From Candidatus Babeliales bacterium (GTDB taxonomy: Bacteria; Babelota; Babeliae; Babelales; JBFXEV01), in contig JBFXEV010000001.1 in the NCBI GenBank assembly GCA_050179755.1, forward strand, positions 425,994 through 489,993: a stretch of 64,000 nucleotides of DNA, in the 5' to 3' direction. The notes under the pieces were generated by a model. That model had not been told where the DNA came from. It worked only from the letters and a program-made list of their open reading frames with translations, and made no database searches. The position numbers and the translations under genes were made by a program. Shown here one piece after another: positions 39,598 to 50,518 of this stretch; position 1 is the stretch's first letter; each line of letters opens with the position of its first letter.

Positions 39598-41133
39598 ATG
39601 CTCTCGCGCAAAAAACTATTCTTAAGCATCGCTCTTCTTTTTAGCAACACCACACTCATGTGCATGAAAAGATTAACTCATGATGCAGCAGAACGCAAAG
39701 AAGGAACTGGTGATCGCAAAACAGCTGCCATGTACGCCCAATTATTTAGAGCTTGTGAAACAGATATTGGAAAGTTACATGAAATTCTCCAAAATCCTCA
39801 TATTGATACAAACATAACAGACGGCGATAGAGGAACACCTTTATGTGTGGCAATCACAGAGCTGGGTTTACACGCGCCCTGGAAAAACGGTTACCAAGCA
39901 ATCATATGCCTTATTACACATCGTGCAGACATTACTATGCCAACAGCAAAAGGTGATACCCCGCTGCATCTTGCTATTAAATTAAAAAAGAAGGTATATC
40001 ACGTACCGCAAGAGGTTGTCTATCTCATTAACTATTTAATTGCCAAAGGTGCCAATGTTGCTGCACAAAATAGACAGGGCAAAACACCACTCCACGGGGC
40101 GGTAGCACTGTCATTTGATGCCGCAATACCAGTGCTCTTAAAAAGAAAAGCATCTCTCCATACATTTGCTCAACATCATACACCTTTACATCTTGCACTT
40201 ATGAAGGGGTCCCTACATACAGCAAAGCTTATTATTGATGAAGAATTAAAACAAAACCCCCTAGAGCATCTAGGCTACGTTTATTGTATACTGGGCGATA
40301 TGTTCAATGCATTAAACTTTGAACAAGCATCAGATTATAATCAGCACCAATCTCGATCTATTCTCACAGCAAAAATTATATATATGCTGCAGCACGGTTG
40401 GCCACTTGATGCCATGGGCCTTTCTAGAGAAGTTGATGGAACAGAACTTGTGATGCAGCATGTCTATAAACCATTTTTTTTAGCAATTCAACGTGGTGAT
40501 GTGCTTGAAGTTAAGCGGCGCCTTAATCAAAAAACGGGTCTCCACCACAATTTTTACCACTGGAATAATGATAATGAGTTAAGGTCTTGGATTAGAAATG
40601 CTGGCTTTGAAAATCATTGCACACCCCTCAGTCTTGCTTTGCATGCAAGAACATTTTCTTGCGACATGGTGCCTCTATTACTCGACAGAGGTGGCTTTAC
40701 ATCGCTCACAAGTGAATCAGTACGCCGAGCATATACTCATGGTCACCTTGAGCATGCACAGCTGCTTTTTAGCTATTTGCCTAAATCATTAATAAAAAGA
40801 TATTGGTACCACATTGCAATTTCACTTTTTCAAAACAGACACGTACGACATTTTTCACGCGACTTGCGCAATCTTTTGGCATTTTATTGCATACAAGAGG
40901 CTTGCATACAAGATAACCTCACTAGATGCAAGGAACTATTTGCGATAAGAACTCTTGTACATGATCATAATCGTGCCTATTATGTCAGAAAAGAGATCAC
41001 ACCACTTGAAAGCAATGACCCACACAGAAACAAACAATATCAGCATGATTATGATCACCTGTTAGATAATATACCGGTTTGGCAAAAGAATATTTATGAG
41101 GCGATTATGCAACATAATGTTAAAAAGGCATAA
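39598..41133 (+). CDS. Secreted ankyrin-repeat protein
   Basis: GDTPLHLAI, GKTPLHGAV, HTPLHLAL. Confidence 0.85.
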   Translation: MLSRKKLFLSIALLFSNTTLMCMKRLTHDAAERKEGTGDRKTAAMYAQLFRACETDIGKLHEILQNPHIDTNITDGDRGTPLCVAITELGLHAPWKNGYQAIICLITHRADITMPTAKGDTPLHLAIKLKKKVYHVPQEVVYLINYLIAKGANVAAQNRQGKTPLHGAVALSFDAAIPVLLKRKASLHTFAQHHTPLHLALMKGSLHTAKLIIDEELKQNPLEHLGYVYCILGDMFNALNFEQASDYNQHQSRSILTAKIIYMLQHGWPLDAMGLSREVDGTELVMQHVYKPFFLAIQRGDVLEVKRRLNQKTGLHHNFYHWNNDNELRSWIRNAGFENHCTPLSLALHARTFSCDMVPLLLDRGGFTSLTSESVRRAYTHGHLEHAQLLFSYLPKSLIKRYWYHIAISLFQNRHVRHFSRDLRNLLAFYCIQEACIQDNLTRCKELFAIRTLVHDHNRAYYVRKEITPLESNDPHRNKQYQHDYDHLLDNIPVWQKNIYEAIMQHNVKKA

Positions 41134-41259
41134 GAGCAAAAAATAGCATATAAAGAATGAAGTTCTGAGAAAGGTAGACAGTATCCCCATTTGGCAAGAA
41201 TAAATAGATAGTGCTATCATAAGTTTTATGAATAGAAGAATGATTTCTTAAGGAAGAAC

Positions 41260-42699
41260 ATGATACGTACACGTTATCCACTCTTAGTTCTTTTAAGCAT
41301 ATACACGCAAACTGCATACAGTATGGAGCCCCCAAAACCCCAAACTCTCGGTCAAAAATTGGTTACAAGAACGCTTGCTGCACGAGCGCTACTCGCTACA
41401 CAAAAACAGCAACAATTGCTGGAAACCAAAGAATTGTCGCCCAAAAAACCAAAAACGCAAACACTCTATGAGCATTTTAAAATTCAGGGCGTTGCGCAGA
41501 TGCCTAACGAATTAAGAAACGGGCTCATTGCACCAAGAGTAGTGGGTGAAGGCGAATGGTGGTACGTCTATAAAAAGCTCAAACAGTCTTCTTCTAATAG
41601 CGATATAGAAGCTGTGGGATTTATTGGAGGTGCTGATCTTGTTGCCGTTGTAACAGATAATTTTCAAGCCCTGAGGGATCTCCCTTGTAAAAGAACTTTT
41701 TCTCTCAGGCAATTCGACGACAAACAAGTTGATTATGAGTTTAAAAGCGCTGAAGCTGTAGGGCTCAATGGCACAAATCCAAAGTTTGCCATCTCTGAAG
41801 GAGCTGGCCAAATAATTGCATTAGATAAAAATAATGAAGCGCAAATACTTACACTTGCAGATCCACAACAAAAAATACACTCTATTACTCTCCATGAAAC
41901 CGAACCAATAATCAGCGTAGTTACAAAAAATGGTCAGGCTTCATTATGGGATTTTATCACAAAAAATGTGCTCATAACACTACGTGCATACAAAATAACA
42001 TGCAATGCAAAAAAAACATGCATTACTACTATTCCCAGATACGGCGCAAACAAAGCGTACATCTATAATTTTGCGGGTAACAAACTATTCTCTCTAAAAC
42101 ATAATGCTCAAGTAAATGATGTAGCGTTTAATCCCACGCAAAACATAGTAGCCACTGCATCAAGCGATGGAACTGTCTGTTTATGGAATTTTAGAGGCGA
42201 AAAACTACAAACGCTTCTCCATGCAAGTGCTGTCGCACAAGTAAAATTTCCTGTAGGGGATAATGCGCTTGCCACTAGATTGAACAATGGCCAAATTATT
42301 TGCTTATGGAACGGCGAAGGGCAAAAAGTACGTACATTGAGCCATACTAAATGTGTCAGAGACATAGCAATACATCCGCAGGCACCCCTTTTTGCGAGTG
42401 CGACGCGAGGTGCTGTTTTTATATGGCTTATCCACAAACCCACGCTTGAGCAAGTTTTATTGCGGCAAGTTCTTAAAAATTGGTTTATTGAGCATATCAT
42501 TAAAAATGATTGCGTAGGAGGATTACATTTTATCAATTTTGATTGTACATCAGAGGAAGTGCTGCCAAACTGGATCGCAGGAACATTCAATTTAGATCAA
42601 GAAGAGATCTCAGGTATTTGGCAAACGATGCCAACGGAATTACGAGTAGCAATCTTTAAGTTGATTAAAAGGCGAGTAAAAGATAGAAATGCATTATGA
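41260..42699 (+). CDS. Secreted WD40-repeat protein
   Basis: HNAQVNDVAFNP....VATASSDGTVCLWN; signal peptide. Confidence 0.85.
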   Translation: MIRTRYPLLVLLSIYTQTAYSMEPPKPQTLGQKLVTRTLAARALLATQKQQQLLETKELSPKKPKTQTLYEHFKIQGVAQMPNELRNGLIAPRVVGEGEWWYVYKKLKQSSSNSDIEAVGFIGGADLVAVVTDNFQALRDLPCKRTFSLRQFDDKQVDYEFKSAEAVGLNGTNPKFAISEGAGQIIALDKNNEAQILTLADPQQKIHSITLHETEPIISVVTKNGQASLWDFITKNVLITLRAYKITCNAKKTCITTIPRYGANKAYIYNFAGNKLFSLKHNAQVNDVAFNPTQNIVATASSDGTVCLWNFRGEKLQTLLHASAVAQVKFPVGDNALATRLNNGQIICLWNGEGQKVRTLSHTKCVRDIAIHPQAPLFASATRGAVFIWLIHKPTLEQVLLRQVLKNWFIEHIIKNDCVGGLHFINFDCTSEEVLPNWIAGTFNLDQEEISGIWQTMPTELRVAIFKLIKRRVKDRNAL

Positions 42700-42791
42700 T
42701 TAAACAACTTGCATCACACAAGCTCTTGATCCACCGCCCTTATTAGTATTAAACTAGAAGCAACAAAAAAATAATACCTAAGGTAGATCAT

Positions 42792-44243
42792 GTGTTTAAA
42801 AAATACTCTCAGCTTAGCTTTTTAATCATCTTCTTGTCTACGCAATTAACTTATAACATGGATCAGGCACCACTCAACAAACCGCAAACGCTTGGCCAAA
42901 AACTCACAGCACTAACGCTTAGTGCACGTGAATGCAAGCGACAGCAAGCAGCATTAGCAGCACAGCAGCCAAAAACACTCTATGAGTATTTTGGCATGAC
43001 ACAGCTTGCAAGCGCCTCACGCGATGTAAAAGCACTCGTTGCAAAAGCACTTATTGGGAATGGTGGTTGGTGGTGGTTAAAACGACAAAGAATATATGAT
43101 GATCTTTCGGGGAAAATAGCATTCAGTGCAGACGGCAGACTATTTGCAATAGTTCACTACAACGTTGTAGATATATGCAATCTAACTTGCAACGAATCTG
43201 ACATTATATACTTAACTCATAAAGAGCCCGTTACTGCATTTGCATTTCACCCAACCAGCAGATCAATAGCTACAATAGAATCAAACATATGCACTATGTG
43301 GCATTGTACAGGCAAATTAATAAGTACGTTTAATACTGCCTGGCAGCATTCTTCACATATAGCATTTCATCCTACAAAAAATATAATCGCCATTGCAACG
43401 GCTTGCACCGTTTATTTATATGACTATACAGGTAAACGAATGCGAAAGATAAAACATACTACTTATGTTCAAGGAATTGATTTTAATGAAGATGGCGTCC
43501 TTGGCACTACGCCATGGGTTGGAGAGTCTCGTTTATGGAACGATGAGGGCAAACAAATACAAGCGTTGCCACATCGCGGGTTTAATAGTGCAATTGCATT
43601 ACACCCTAATAACAACATAATTGCCACAGCAGAATTAAACAGGGTACTTCTCTGGAATATGCAAGGAGAACAAACATGCACGTTGTTGCATAATGGTCGC
43701 ATTAACCGCGTTAAATTTAATAGTCAAAAAATGCACGTAGGAACCGCGTCATCAGATAAAACTGCTTGTTTATGGAATTTTCGTGGTACAAAGTTAAGAA
43801 CTTTTTATCATCTTAATCCGGTGCGTGGTATAGCGTTTCATCCTTGCGGCACGCTATTTGCAACTGCTGCGACAAAAAATACTGTATGCCTGTGGCAACA
43901 ACACGAACAACCCACATTAGAGCAAGTTTTATTACGGCAATTAATTAAAAACTGGGTGCTAACTTGCATTGCACAAAGAAAAAAGCCTCATTTTCCTTGC
44001 ACAAGCGCAGCAGAAGTGCCAACATGGATGGCTGTTCAATTTAATATACAAAAAGACGAATTAGAGCGCATATGGCAATCAATGAACGAGAGACTACAAA
44101 ACGCGATTGCTTATACGCTGAAAGGGCGCGCGCACCAGATTAGCGCATTATGCAAGCTGTATGAAGACCAAGACACAAAGCGTCAAATCATGAAACCATA
44201 TAACCCTACAGAACCAGTTCCTTTAGAAACGCTTGATTTATAA
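42792..44243 (+). CDS. Secreted WD40-repeat protein
   Basis: HNGRINRVKFN....GTASSDKTACLWN. Confidence 0.85.
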   Translation: MFKKYSQLSFLIIFLSTQLTYNMDQAPLNKPQTLGQKLTALTLSARECKRQQAALAAQQPKTLYEYFGMTQLASASRDVKALVAKALIGNGGWWWLKRQRIYDDLSGKIAFSADGRLFAIVHYNVVDICNLTCNESDIIYLTHKEPVTAFAFHPTSRSIATIESNICTMWHCTGKLISTFNTAWQHSSHIAFHPTKNIIAIATACTVYLYDYTGKRMRKIKHTTYVQGIDFNEDGVLGTTPWVGESRLWNDEGKQIQALPHRGFNSAIALHPNNNIIATAELNRVLLWNMQGEQTCTLLHNGRINRVKFNSQKMHVGTASSDKTACLWNFRGTKLRTFYHLNPVRGIAFHPCGTLFATAATKNTVCLWQQHEQPTLEQVLLRQLIKNWVLTCIAQRKKPHFPCTSAAEVPTWMAVQFNIQKDELERIWQSMNERLQNAIAYTLKGRAHQISALCKLYEDQDTKRQIMKPYNPTEPVPLETLDL

Positions 44244-44345
44244 CAGCCTAACTAAACTCAAACAAAAATATCTATTGCTCTCACTATCTCTTTGCTATTA
44301 AACTAAGAGTAGTCTCCATAAAAATTGATCTATGATATGGTAACA

Positions 44346-45656
44346 ATGCTAAAAAAATATCAATTTCCAATTTTTTTATTGTACCTTCTATATGCTCCCA
44401 TACTATTTTCAATGGATGTAACTAATTTGGCAATAGCTAAATCTGCCACTAACCCACAAACACTCTATGAATTTTTTGGCATACCACCCACCTTCCCACG
44501 CGACTTGCAACCATTGCTTACAAAAGAAATAATTGGCGAAGGTGGCTGGTGGTATAAGGTTAAAAAATTGAAAATACCTTGCGATGAGAGCGTATGTTCT
44601 GTGCGCTTTTTTGCCGATTATGGGCTGGCCGTATTAACCAATAATCCGGTTAATTTCGAACGCAAAAGATATATTGCTTCCCTATCGCAATTAGACGCTA
44701 CACAAGTTGAGGAATCTGACAAATTTATGGCCGTAGAAGCAATGGATTGTAATTCACAGATTCCAAAAGTAGTTCTTGCTGATGGTGAAGGTAACGTAAT
44801 TGCATTGGATGAACAGTATCAGCCGCATATATTTATAGATGACATAAGAGAACGAGTCACGTCAATTGCGCTACATCCCGTTTTGCCGATAATTAGTATG
44901 GTAGCAGGGCAAAACCGCGCATCATTATGGGATTTCACGGCAAAAAAATTACTCATTACGCTCAATGCCAAAAAAATAACATGTGATTCAGAGCGCACCT
45001 GCATTGGTACATTACAAGGCACTAAAAAAGCATATTTACATAACTTTAACGGCGACAAAGTTGTTTCATTAAAACATGCTGATCATGTGCATGATCTAAC
45101 ATTCCACCCAACGCAAAGAATGGTTGCAACTGCCTCACAAGACAACACAGCTTGTTTGTGGAATTTTAAAGGTGAAAAGTTACATACACTTACGCACCCT
45201 TGGCATGTCTACCAAGCAAAATTTAATCATATAGGCACACTACTTGCCACCAGAGCAGATTCTTCTATCTATTTATGGAATTGCGAAGGCCAAAAACTAC
45301 GCACACTCAGCCATGCGCTACCTGTCTTAGATATAACATTGCATCAACAATTTGCACTCATTGCAAGTGTAACCAGAAAAAAACGTGTACATCTCTGGGC
45401 ATGGCATACCGATCCAACACTGCAGCAAGTTTTACTGCGGCAAGTTCTTAAAAATTGGCTACATTCGTTTATAGGTCGTTCTACATTCATTGATTTTAAA
45501 TGTACGTCAGAAGCGGGCATGCCACAATGGATGGCTACAGAATTTAATTTACAAGAAAAAGAACTGCAAGAGACTTGGCAATCAATGCCGCCAGAACTCT
45601 CGGCTGCAATATTTACTACCATTGCAAAGCGCATAGCTTATAGAAACCTGCTCTAA
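44346..45656 (+). CDS. Secreted WD40-repeat protein
   Basis: HVHDLTFHP....VATASQDNTACLWN. Start MLKKY probable. Confidence 0.85.
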   Translation: MLKKYQFPIFLLYLLYAPILFSMDVTNLAIAKSATNPQTLYEFFGIPPTFPRDLQPLLTKEIIGEGGWWYKVKKLKIPCDESVCSVRFFADYGLAVLTNNPVNFERKRYIASLSQLDATQVEESDKFMAVEAMDCNSQIPKVVLADGEGNVIALDEQYQPHIFIDDIRERVTSIALHPVLPIISMVAGQNRASLWDFTAKKLLITLNAKKITCDSERTCIGTLQGTKKAYLHNFNGDKVVSLKHADHVHDLTFHPTQRMVATASQDNTACLWNFKGEKLHTLTHPWHVYQAKFNHIGTLLATRADSSIYLWNCEGQKLRTLSHALPVLDITLHQQFALIASVTRKKRVHLWAWHTDPTLQQVLLRQVLKNWLHSFIGRSTFIDFKCTSEAGMPQWMATEFNLQEKELQETWQSMPPELSAAIFTTIAKRIAYRNLL

Positions 45657-45731
45657 ATATCTATTGCCCAAAACAGTATATTCATATTAAACTAGAAGCA
45701 ACAAAAAAACATATTAACTAAGGTAGATCAT

Positions 45732-47288
45732 ATGCTTAAAAAATACACTCAACTTAGCTTTTTAATCATTTTATTGTCTACACAATGTATTTATAGCATG
45801 GATCATGCAGCAACAGCTCCTGCCTCATCACAAACACTTGGTCAAAAACTCACTGCAATAACGCATGCTGCTCGAGCATCAAAAAGAACTCTCTGTGAAT
45901 CTGCCGGCATATCACAAAGGGAACGTACCCCCAATGAAAAGTCAGCACTAGCTCAAGCATTACTTGGCAAAAAACGTTGGTGGTACGAAACAACACGATT
46001 AGAGCACAGCGATTCTCCGCGCAAAATTAATTTTAATGCCTCAGGCACACGCATTGCGGCAGTAATAGACATCTCTGGCGATGATACAGACGATGAAACA
46101 CCTTCACCTCTTTGTGCATATCAGGGTTTGTCCTGGAACTTGGAAACAGAACAATTCAAACGAACTCAACCTCTGCAAGCAATGGGCCTTAACTCATCAG
46201 ATTTGCAGCAGGCAAACGCTCACGTGGTTATTGTAGATGATACTAACATATGCGTATTTGATAATGAGGGCATACTCTCTGCTGTAATGCCGCTTGTATA
46301 TGACAGTACAATCCATATAGTTGATCCGGATGAAACTATTGTGTTAAAGAATGAATGTCATAAAAAAGTCTGTGATGTTACCTTATATCCAAAACAACAC
46401 CTAGTAAGCCTAACCTTAAAAAAGGTAGGTGCTAGTTTATGGGATTATGCAAGCGGTAAAATGATCTTACATTTGCCCGGCGCGCATAAAATAGCATGTG
46501 ACCCCAAAGGCACTCTTATTGCAAGCATAGAAGATAATGCAAATCGCACGCGTGCAGCATATATACGCGATTACAATGGCACACTGCTGCATGCATTACA
46601 ACAATCTCCCGTGCATGGTGTAGATCGTAACGTATGGGACGTAGCTTTTAACCCTCACCAAAATATGATAGCCACTGCATATTCTGAGGGCGCGTATTTA
46701 TGGAATTATAAGGGTGAATTATTACGCACGTTAGTGCATTCAGCAGAGCCTCTTACGCACGTACTGTATGTAACCTTTAACCCCCAAGGTACCTTGTTAT
46801 GCACCTCAGCCGCGGATGGAACTGTGTGCTTATGGCACTGCCACCTAGGCGATAAATTGCATACGTTCTATAACGATTTAAGTCTCTGTGCTCCAGCATT
46901 TGCCCCGCAAGGGCATACGATCGCCACTGTATCTGGTGCCTATGTGCGTTTATGGCAACAATATGAACAACCCACGCTTGAGCAAGTTTTACTCTATAAA
47001 GTAATTCAACAATGGCTAATATCAGATCAAGCTGAAAAAGAGGCTACAAAATTACAACAAAATCCAGATATAGATCTACCAGCATGGCTTGCCGCTCATT
47101 GCAATTTGCATGAACATGAAGTGCGCCGCACATGGCACACACTGCCTGATAAAGTGCGTAAATCTCTTTTTATGACCATAACTGATCTGGCTGGATTTGG
47201 AAAAAAAAGTATGTATCAAGAAGTTAAGGACGCTGAAACGAGGAAGTGGCTAGAGTTCCTTTTTAAAATAGATGCGGATGATGATTAA
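45732..47288 (+). CDS. Secreted WD40-repeat protein
   Basis: VTFNPQGTLLCTSAADGTVCLW. Confidence 0.85.
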   Translation: MLKKYTQLSFLIILLSTQCIYSMDHAATAPASSQTLGQKLTAITHAARASKRTLCESAGISQRERTPNEKSALAQALLGKKRWWYETTRLEHSDSPRKINFNASGTRIAAVIDISGDDTDDETPSPLCAYQGLSWNLETEQFKRTQPLQAMGLNSSDLQQANAHVVIVDDTNICVFDNEGILSAVMPLVYDSTIHIVDPDETIVLKNECHKKVCDVTLYPKQHLVSLTLKKVGASLWDYASGKMILHLPGAHKIACDPKGTLIASIEDNANRTRAAYIRDYNGTLLHALQQSPVHGVDRNVWDVAFNPHQNMIATAYSEGAYLWNYKGELLRTLVHSAEPLTHVLYVTFNPQGTLLCTSAADGTVCLWHCHLGDKLHTFYNDLSLCAPAFAPQGHTIATVSGAYVRLWQQYEQPTLEQVLLYKVIQQWLISDQAEKEATKLQQNPDIDLPAWLAAHCNLHEHEVRRTWHTLPDKVRKSLFMTITDLAGFGKKSMYQEVKDAETRKWLEFLFKIDADDD

Positions 47289-47417
47289 AACAAAGCTCTT
47301 GATCCTTAAACCCTGTTGGTATTACACTCTATATTAGTAGTAAAATTATATTTTTTAAAAATTCAACGAGCACAATTTTAGCGCATTTTATGCGCGTTAA
47401 AAAATTGTTTACCTATT

Positions 47418-49979
47418 ATGAACAACGAACAATTTACCAATTCAGCGCAAGAGCTGATCCAGCAAAGCGCAAGCCTTGCACAGCAACTTAATAATCCCAC
47501 CATTCAACCACTCCACACATTGGCAGTAGGGCTTGAAAATTCATTTTGCAAACCGTTCTTTGCCATGCTCAATATCCCACTCGATCAATTGGGCGATTTA
47601 GTATCAGACGAGTTATATAAGTTACCGCAAGTCAAAGGTGGCAAAGTAGGCATGGATTATGCCATGCAAGATTTTTTGACTGAGCTTAAAAAAGAAGCTG
47701 ATCAGCTGGGTGATGCGTATATCAGTTTGGAGCACTTTTTACTCGGGTGGGCGCAGACAAATCATCTGCCTGCAAGCATTAGAAAGTTCTTTAAAGATCA
47801 CAGCTTTACCAAAAATAAAATTGTTTCTTACATGCAAACGCTGCGTAAAGGCAAAACGGTGCAAGATAAATCAGCAGAGCAACAATATGAGGTACTCAAA
47901 AAATATTGCCAAAATATCACGCAACTTGCACGTGAAGGCAAATTAGACCCTGTTATTGGGCGGCATGAAGAAATTCGTAGAGTAATACAAATTTTATCAC
48001 GCAGAACCAAAAACAATCCCGTGCTTATTGGTCAGCCAGGCGTTGGGAAAACTGCCATTGTAGAAGGCATTGCGCAGCGCATTGTAAATAATGACGTGCC
48101 CGAAGGTTTGCAAAATAAAGAAATTTACGCACTTGATTTAGGCCTATTAATTGCTGGCACCAAATATCAAGGTGAATTTGAAGAACGCTTAAAAGGTATT
48201 TTAAAAGCTGTAGAAGAAGATCCTGATCATATTATTTTATTTATTGATGAACTCCACATGCTCATTGGCGCAGGCGCCTCTGGCTCTGGCGGCATGGATG
48301 CAAGCAATTTACTCAAACCAGCACTTGCGCGTGGCACGCTCCATTGCATTGGCGCAACCACACTGGCCGAATACAAAAAATATATAGAAAAAGATGCAGC
48401 CCTTGAGCGCAGATTCCAAAAAGTGCTTGTTGAAGAACCCACCGAAGATGATGCTATTTCCATTTTACGTGGGCTTAAAGAGCGCTATGAATTGCACCAC
48501 GGTATCCGCATTAAAGACCAAGCAATTATTGACGCAGTGCGATTATCTCACAAATATATTCCTGATCGCTTTTTACCTGATAAAGCAATTGATTTAATTG
48601 ATGAAGCAGCTGCTATGGTCAAAATGTCAATTGACTCGTATCCGCCCGAAATTGATCAACTTGACCGCAAAATCCGCCAACTTGAAATTGAAAAAGTTGC
48701 ACTTTCAAAAGAAAAAAATGGTCAAGCCAAAACGCGCCTTGAAGCGCTTGAAAAAGAACTTGCCGATCTTAAAGAAAAACATGCAAACTTGCTCAATCAA
48801 TGGAAGTCAGAGAAAGCACCGCTTGAAAATATTAATAAACTTAAAGAACAAATTGAACAAGCTAATAATGAGTTTGCACGTGCCGAGCGCCAAGGCGATT
48901 ATGCAAAAGCTTCTGAAATTAAATATGGCAAATTGGTCGATTTAGAAAACAAGTTGGCAACCGAGCAAAAAAAGCTTGGCAAACTAGAAATGCAACTCAT
49001 TAAAGAAGAAGTTGACGAGCGTGATATTGCAAAAGTACTTGCCCGCTGGACAGGCATTCCTGCAGAAAAATTGCAAAGCGATGAAACCAAAAAATTGCTC
49101 ACTATGGATACAACACTTAAAGAACGCGTGATTGGCCAAGATGAGGCAATTGATGCTATAACGCACGCAATTCAAATGCACCGCACCGGGCTTACCGACC
49201 CTAATCGCCCTATTGGTTCATTTTTATTTTTAGGACCAACCGGTGTTGGTAAAACTGAAGTTGCAAAAGCTTTGGCAGGTTTTTTGTTTAATGATGATAA
49301 ACGGCTCATTCGCATTGATATGTCTGAATATATGGAAAAACACTCAGTCGCTCGTTTAATCGGCGCGCCTCCAGGATATGTGGGGTATGAAGAAGGTGGG
49401 CAATTGACCGAGCAAGTGCGCAGACACCCCTATTCTGTGGTTTTGTTTGATGAAATTGAAAAAGCACATCCTGACGTGTTTAACATCTTTTTGCAAATTC
49501 TTGATGAAGGCCATTTAACCGATAGCCAAGGAAGAACCGTTTCGTTTAAAAATTGCATTATTATTATGACCTCTAATATCGGTTCAGATATTATTCTTAA
49601 AGCAGATAAAATTGATGATAAAGTAAAGAATCAAATCGAGAAATTGCTCCAAGCGCATTTTAGACCAGAGTTTTTAAATCGCATTGATGCCATTTGCTTC
49701 TTTACACGTTTATCTGAAAAAGATGTAGAAGAGATTGCTGAGCTACAATTGAATGAACTAAAGAAACGCCTTGCGTTACAAGATGTAGATCTTACCTACG
49801 ATGCTAAAGTGATCAAAAAAGTTGCAGAGGTTGGCTATGTGCCAGAATTTGGCGCCCGTCCGCTCAAGCGCGCAGTGCAGCAGTATGTGATGGTGCCGCT
49901 TTCACAGTATTTGCTCAAGAATCCGGGGACTAAGAAAGTGGTTTTGAGTGTTAAAGGTGGTGAGATTACAATAGCCTAA
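47418..49979 (+). CDS. clpB: ATP-dependent disaggregase ClpB
   Basis: Two AAA+ modules (GQPGVGKT, GPTGVGKT), long M-domain coiled coil, GARPLKR. Confidence 0.95.
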   Translation: MNNEQFTNSAQELIQQSASLAQQLNNPTIQPLHTLAVGLENSFCKPFFAMLNIPLDQLGDLVSDELYKLPQVKGGKVGMDYAMQDFLTELKKEADQLGDAYISLEHFLLGWAQTNHLPASIRKFFKDHSFTKNKIVSYMQTLRKGKTVQDKSAEQQYEVLKKYCQNITQLAREGKLDPVIGRHEEIRRVIQILSRRTKNNPVLIGQPGVGKTAIVEGIAQRIVNNDVPEGLQNKEIYALDLGLLIAGTKYQGEFEERLKGILKAVEEDPDHIILFIDELHMLIGAGASGSGGMDASNLLKPALARGTLHCIGATTLAEYKKYIEKDAALERRFQKVLVEEPTEDDAISILRGLKERYELHHGIRIKDQAIIDAVRLSHKYIPDRFLPDKAIDLIDEAAAMVKMSIDSYPPEIDQLDRKIRQLEIEKVALSKEKNGQAKTRLEALEKELADLKEKHANLLNQWKSEKAPLENINKLKEQIEQANNEFARAERQGDYAKASEIKYGKLVDLENKLATEQKKLGKLEMQLIKEEVDERDIAKVLARWTGIPAEKLQSDETKKLLTMDTTLKERVIGQDEAIDAITHAIQMHRTGLTDPNRPIGSFLFLGPTGVGKTEVAKALAGFLFNDDKRLIRIDMSEYMEKHSVARLIGAPPGYVGYEEGGQLTEQVRRHPYSVVLFDEIEKAHPDVFNIFLQILDEGHLTDSQGRTVSFKNCIIIMTSNIGSDIILKADKIDDKVKNQIEKLLQAHFRPEFLNRIDAICFFTRLSEKDVEEIAELQLNELKKRLALQDVDLTYDAKVIKKVAEVGYVPEFGARPLKRAVQQYVMVPLSQYLLKNPGTKKVVLSVKGGEITIA

Positions 49980-50057
49980 TATTAACGTTCTTTATCAGAA
50001 TAATAAATGGATTCAAAGTAGAAATTTGCTTGATTATATTCCAATTGTTTTTCCCTA

Positions 50058-50423
50058 GTGCCACTCCGCGTGGCAGCGCATGCTTTTTTTTGTGCAAAAA
50101 AAGGACGCAAAAAAGCACCAGCGTTCCGCTGGACCATTCCGCTTAATCGTTGAGCGCTATGCCTCACGTCGTTTCACGACGAGGCATGCATGCAGCGCGC
50201 ATAAGAACTACTAATAAAATTAGTTTTGTGAGCCAGTTGATATCCATCCACCCACACAGCAGGATGCATAGAAACAAATAAACATGGGCGGCACGAATTA
50301 ACCCAATTGAATTAATAATCTACTTGATAAGGTATGGGGTTGTTAGGGATAGCATGCCCTAACTGATTTTTGCACCCTTTTTGTCACCAAAAAGGCGTGT
50401 GCCTGCCGCGGCATGAGCGGCTA
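50058..50423. repeat. Structured MITE-like intergenic element
   Basis: Imperfect terminal inverted repeats of about 55 bp with several internal hairpins. Confidence 0.55.
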
Positions 50424-50518
50424 CAGTAATTATCATTGCCAAAGATACAAACTTTTTCTACAATGATTTGAAACGAAGACCAACCGCAACCGGAAGCAAG
50501 TGTAAAAAGGAGAATCAC

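Noticed and set aside
47290..47417. CIRCE or CtsR box upstream of clpB
   Set aside because: No TTAGCACTC-N9-GAGTGCTAA or CtsR heptad repeat seen.
49982..50167. 61 aa ORF after clpB
   Set aside because: Overlaps the palindromic element and has no protein-like features.
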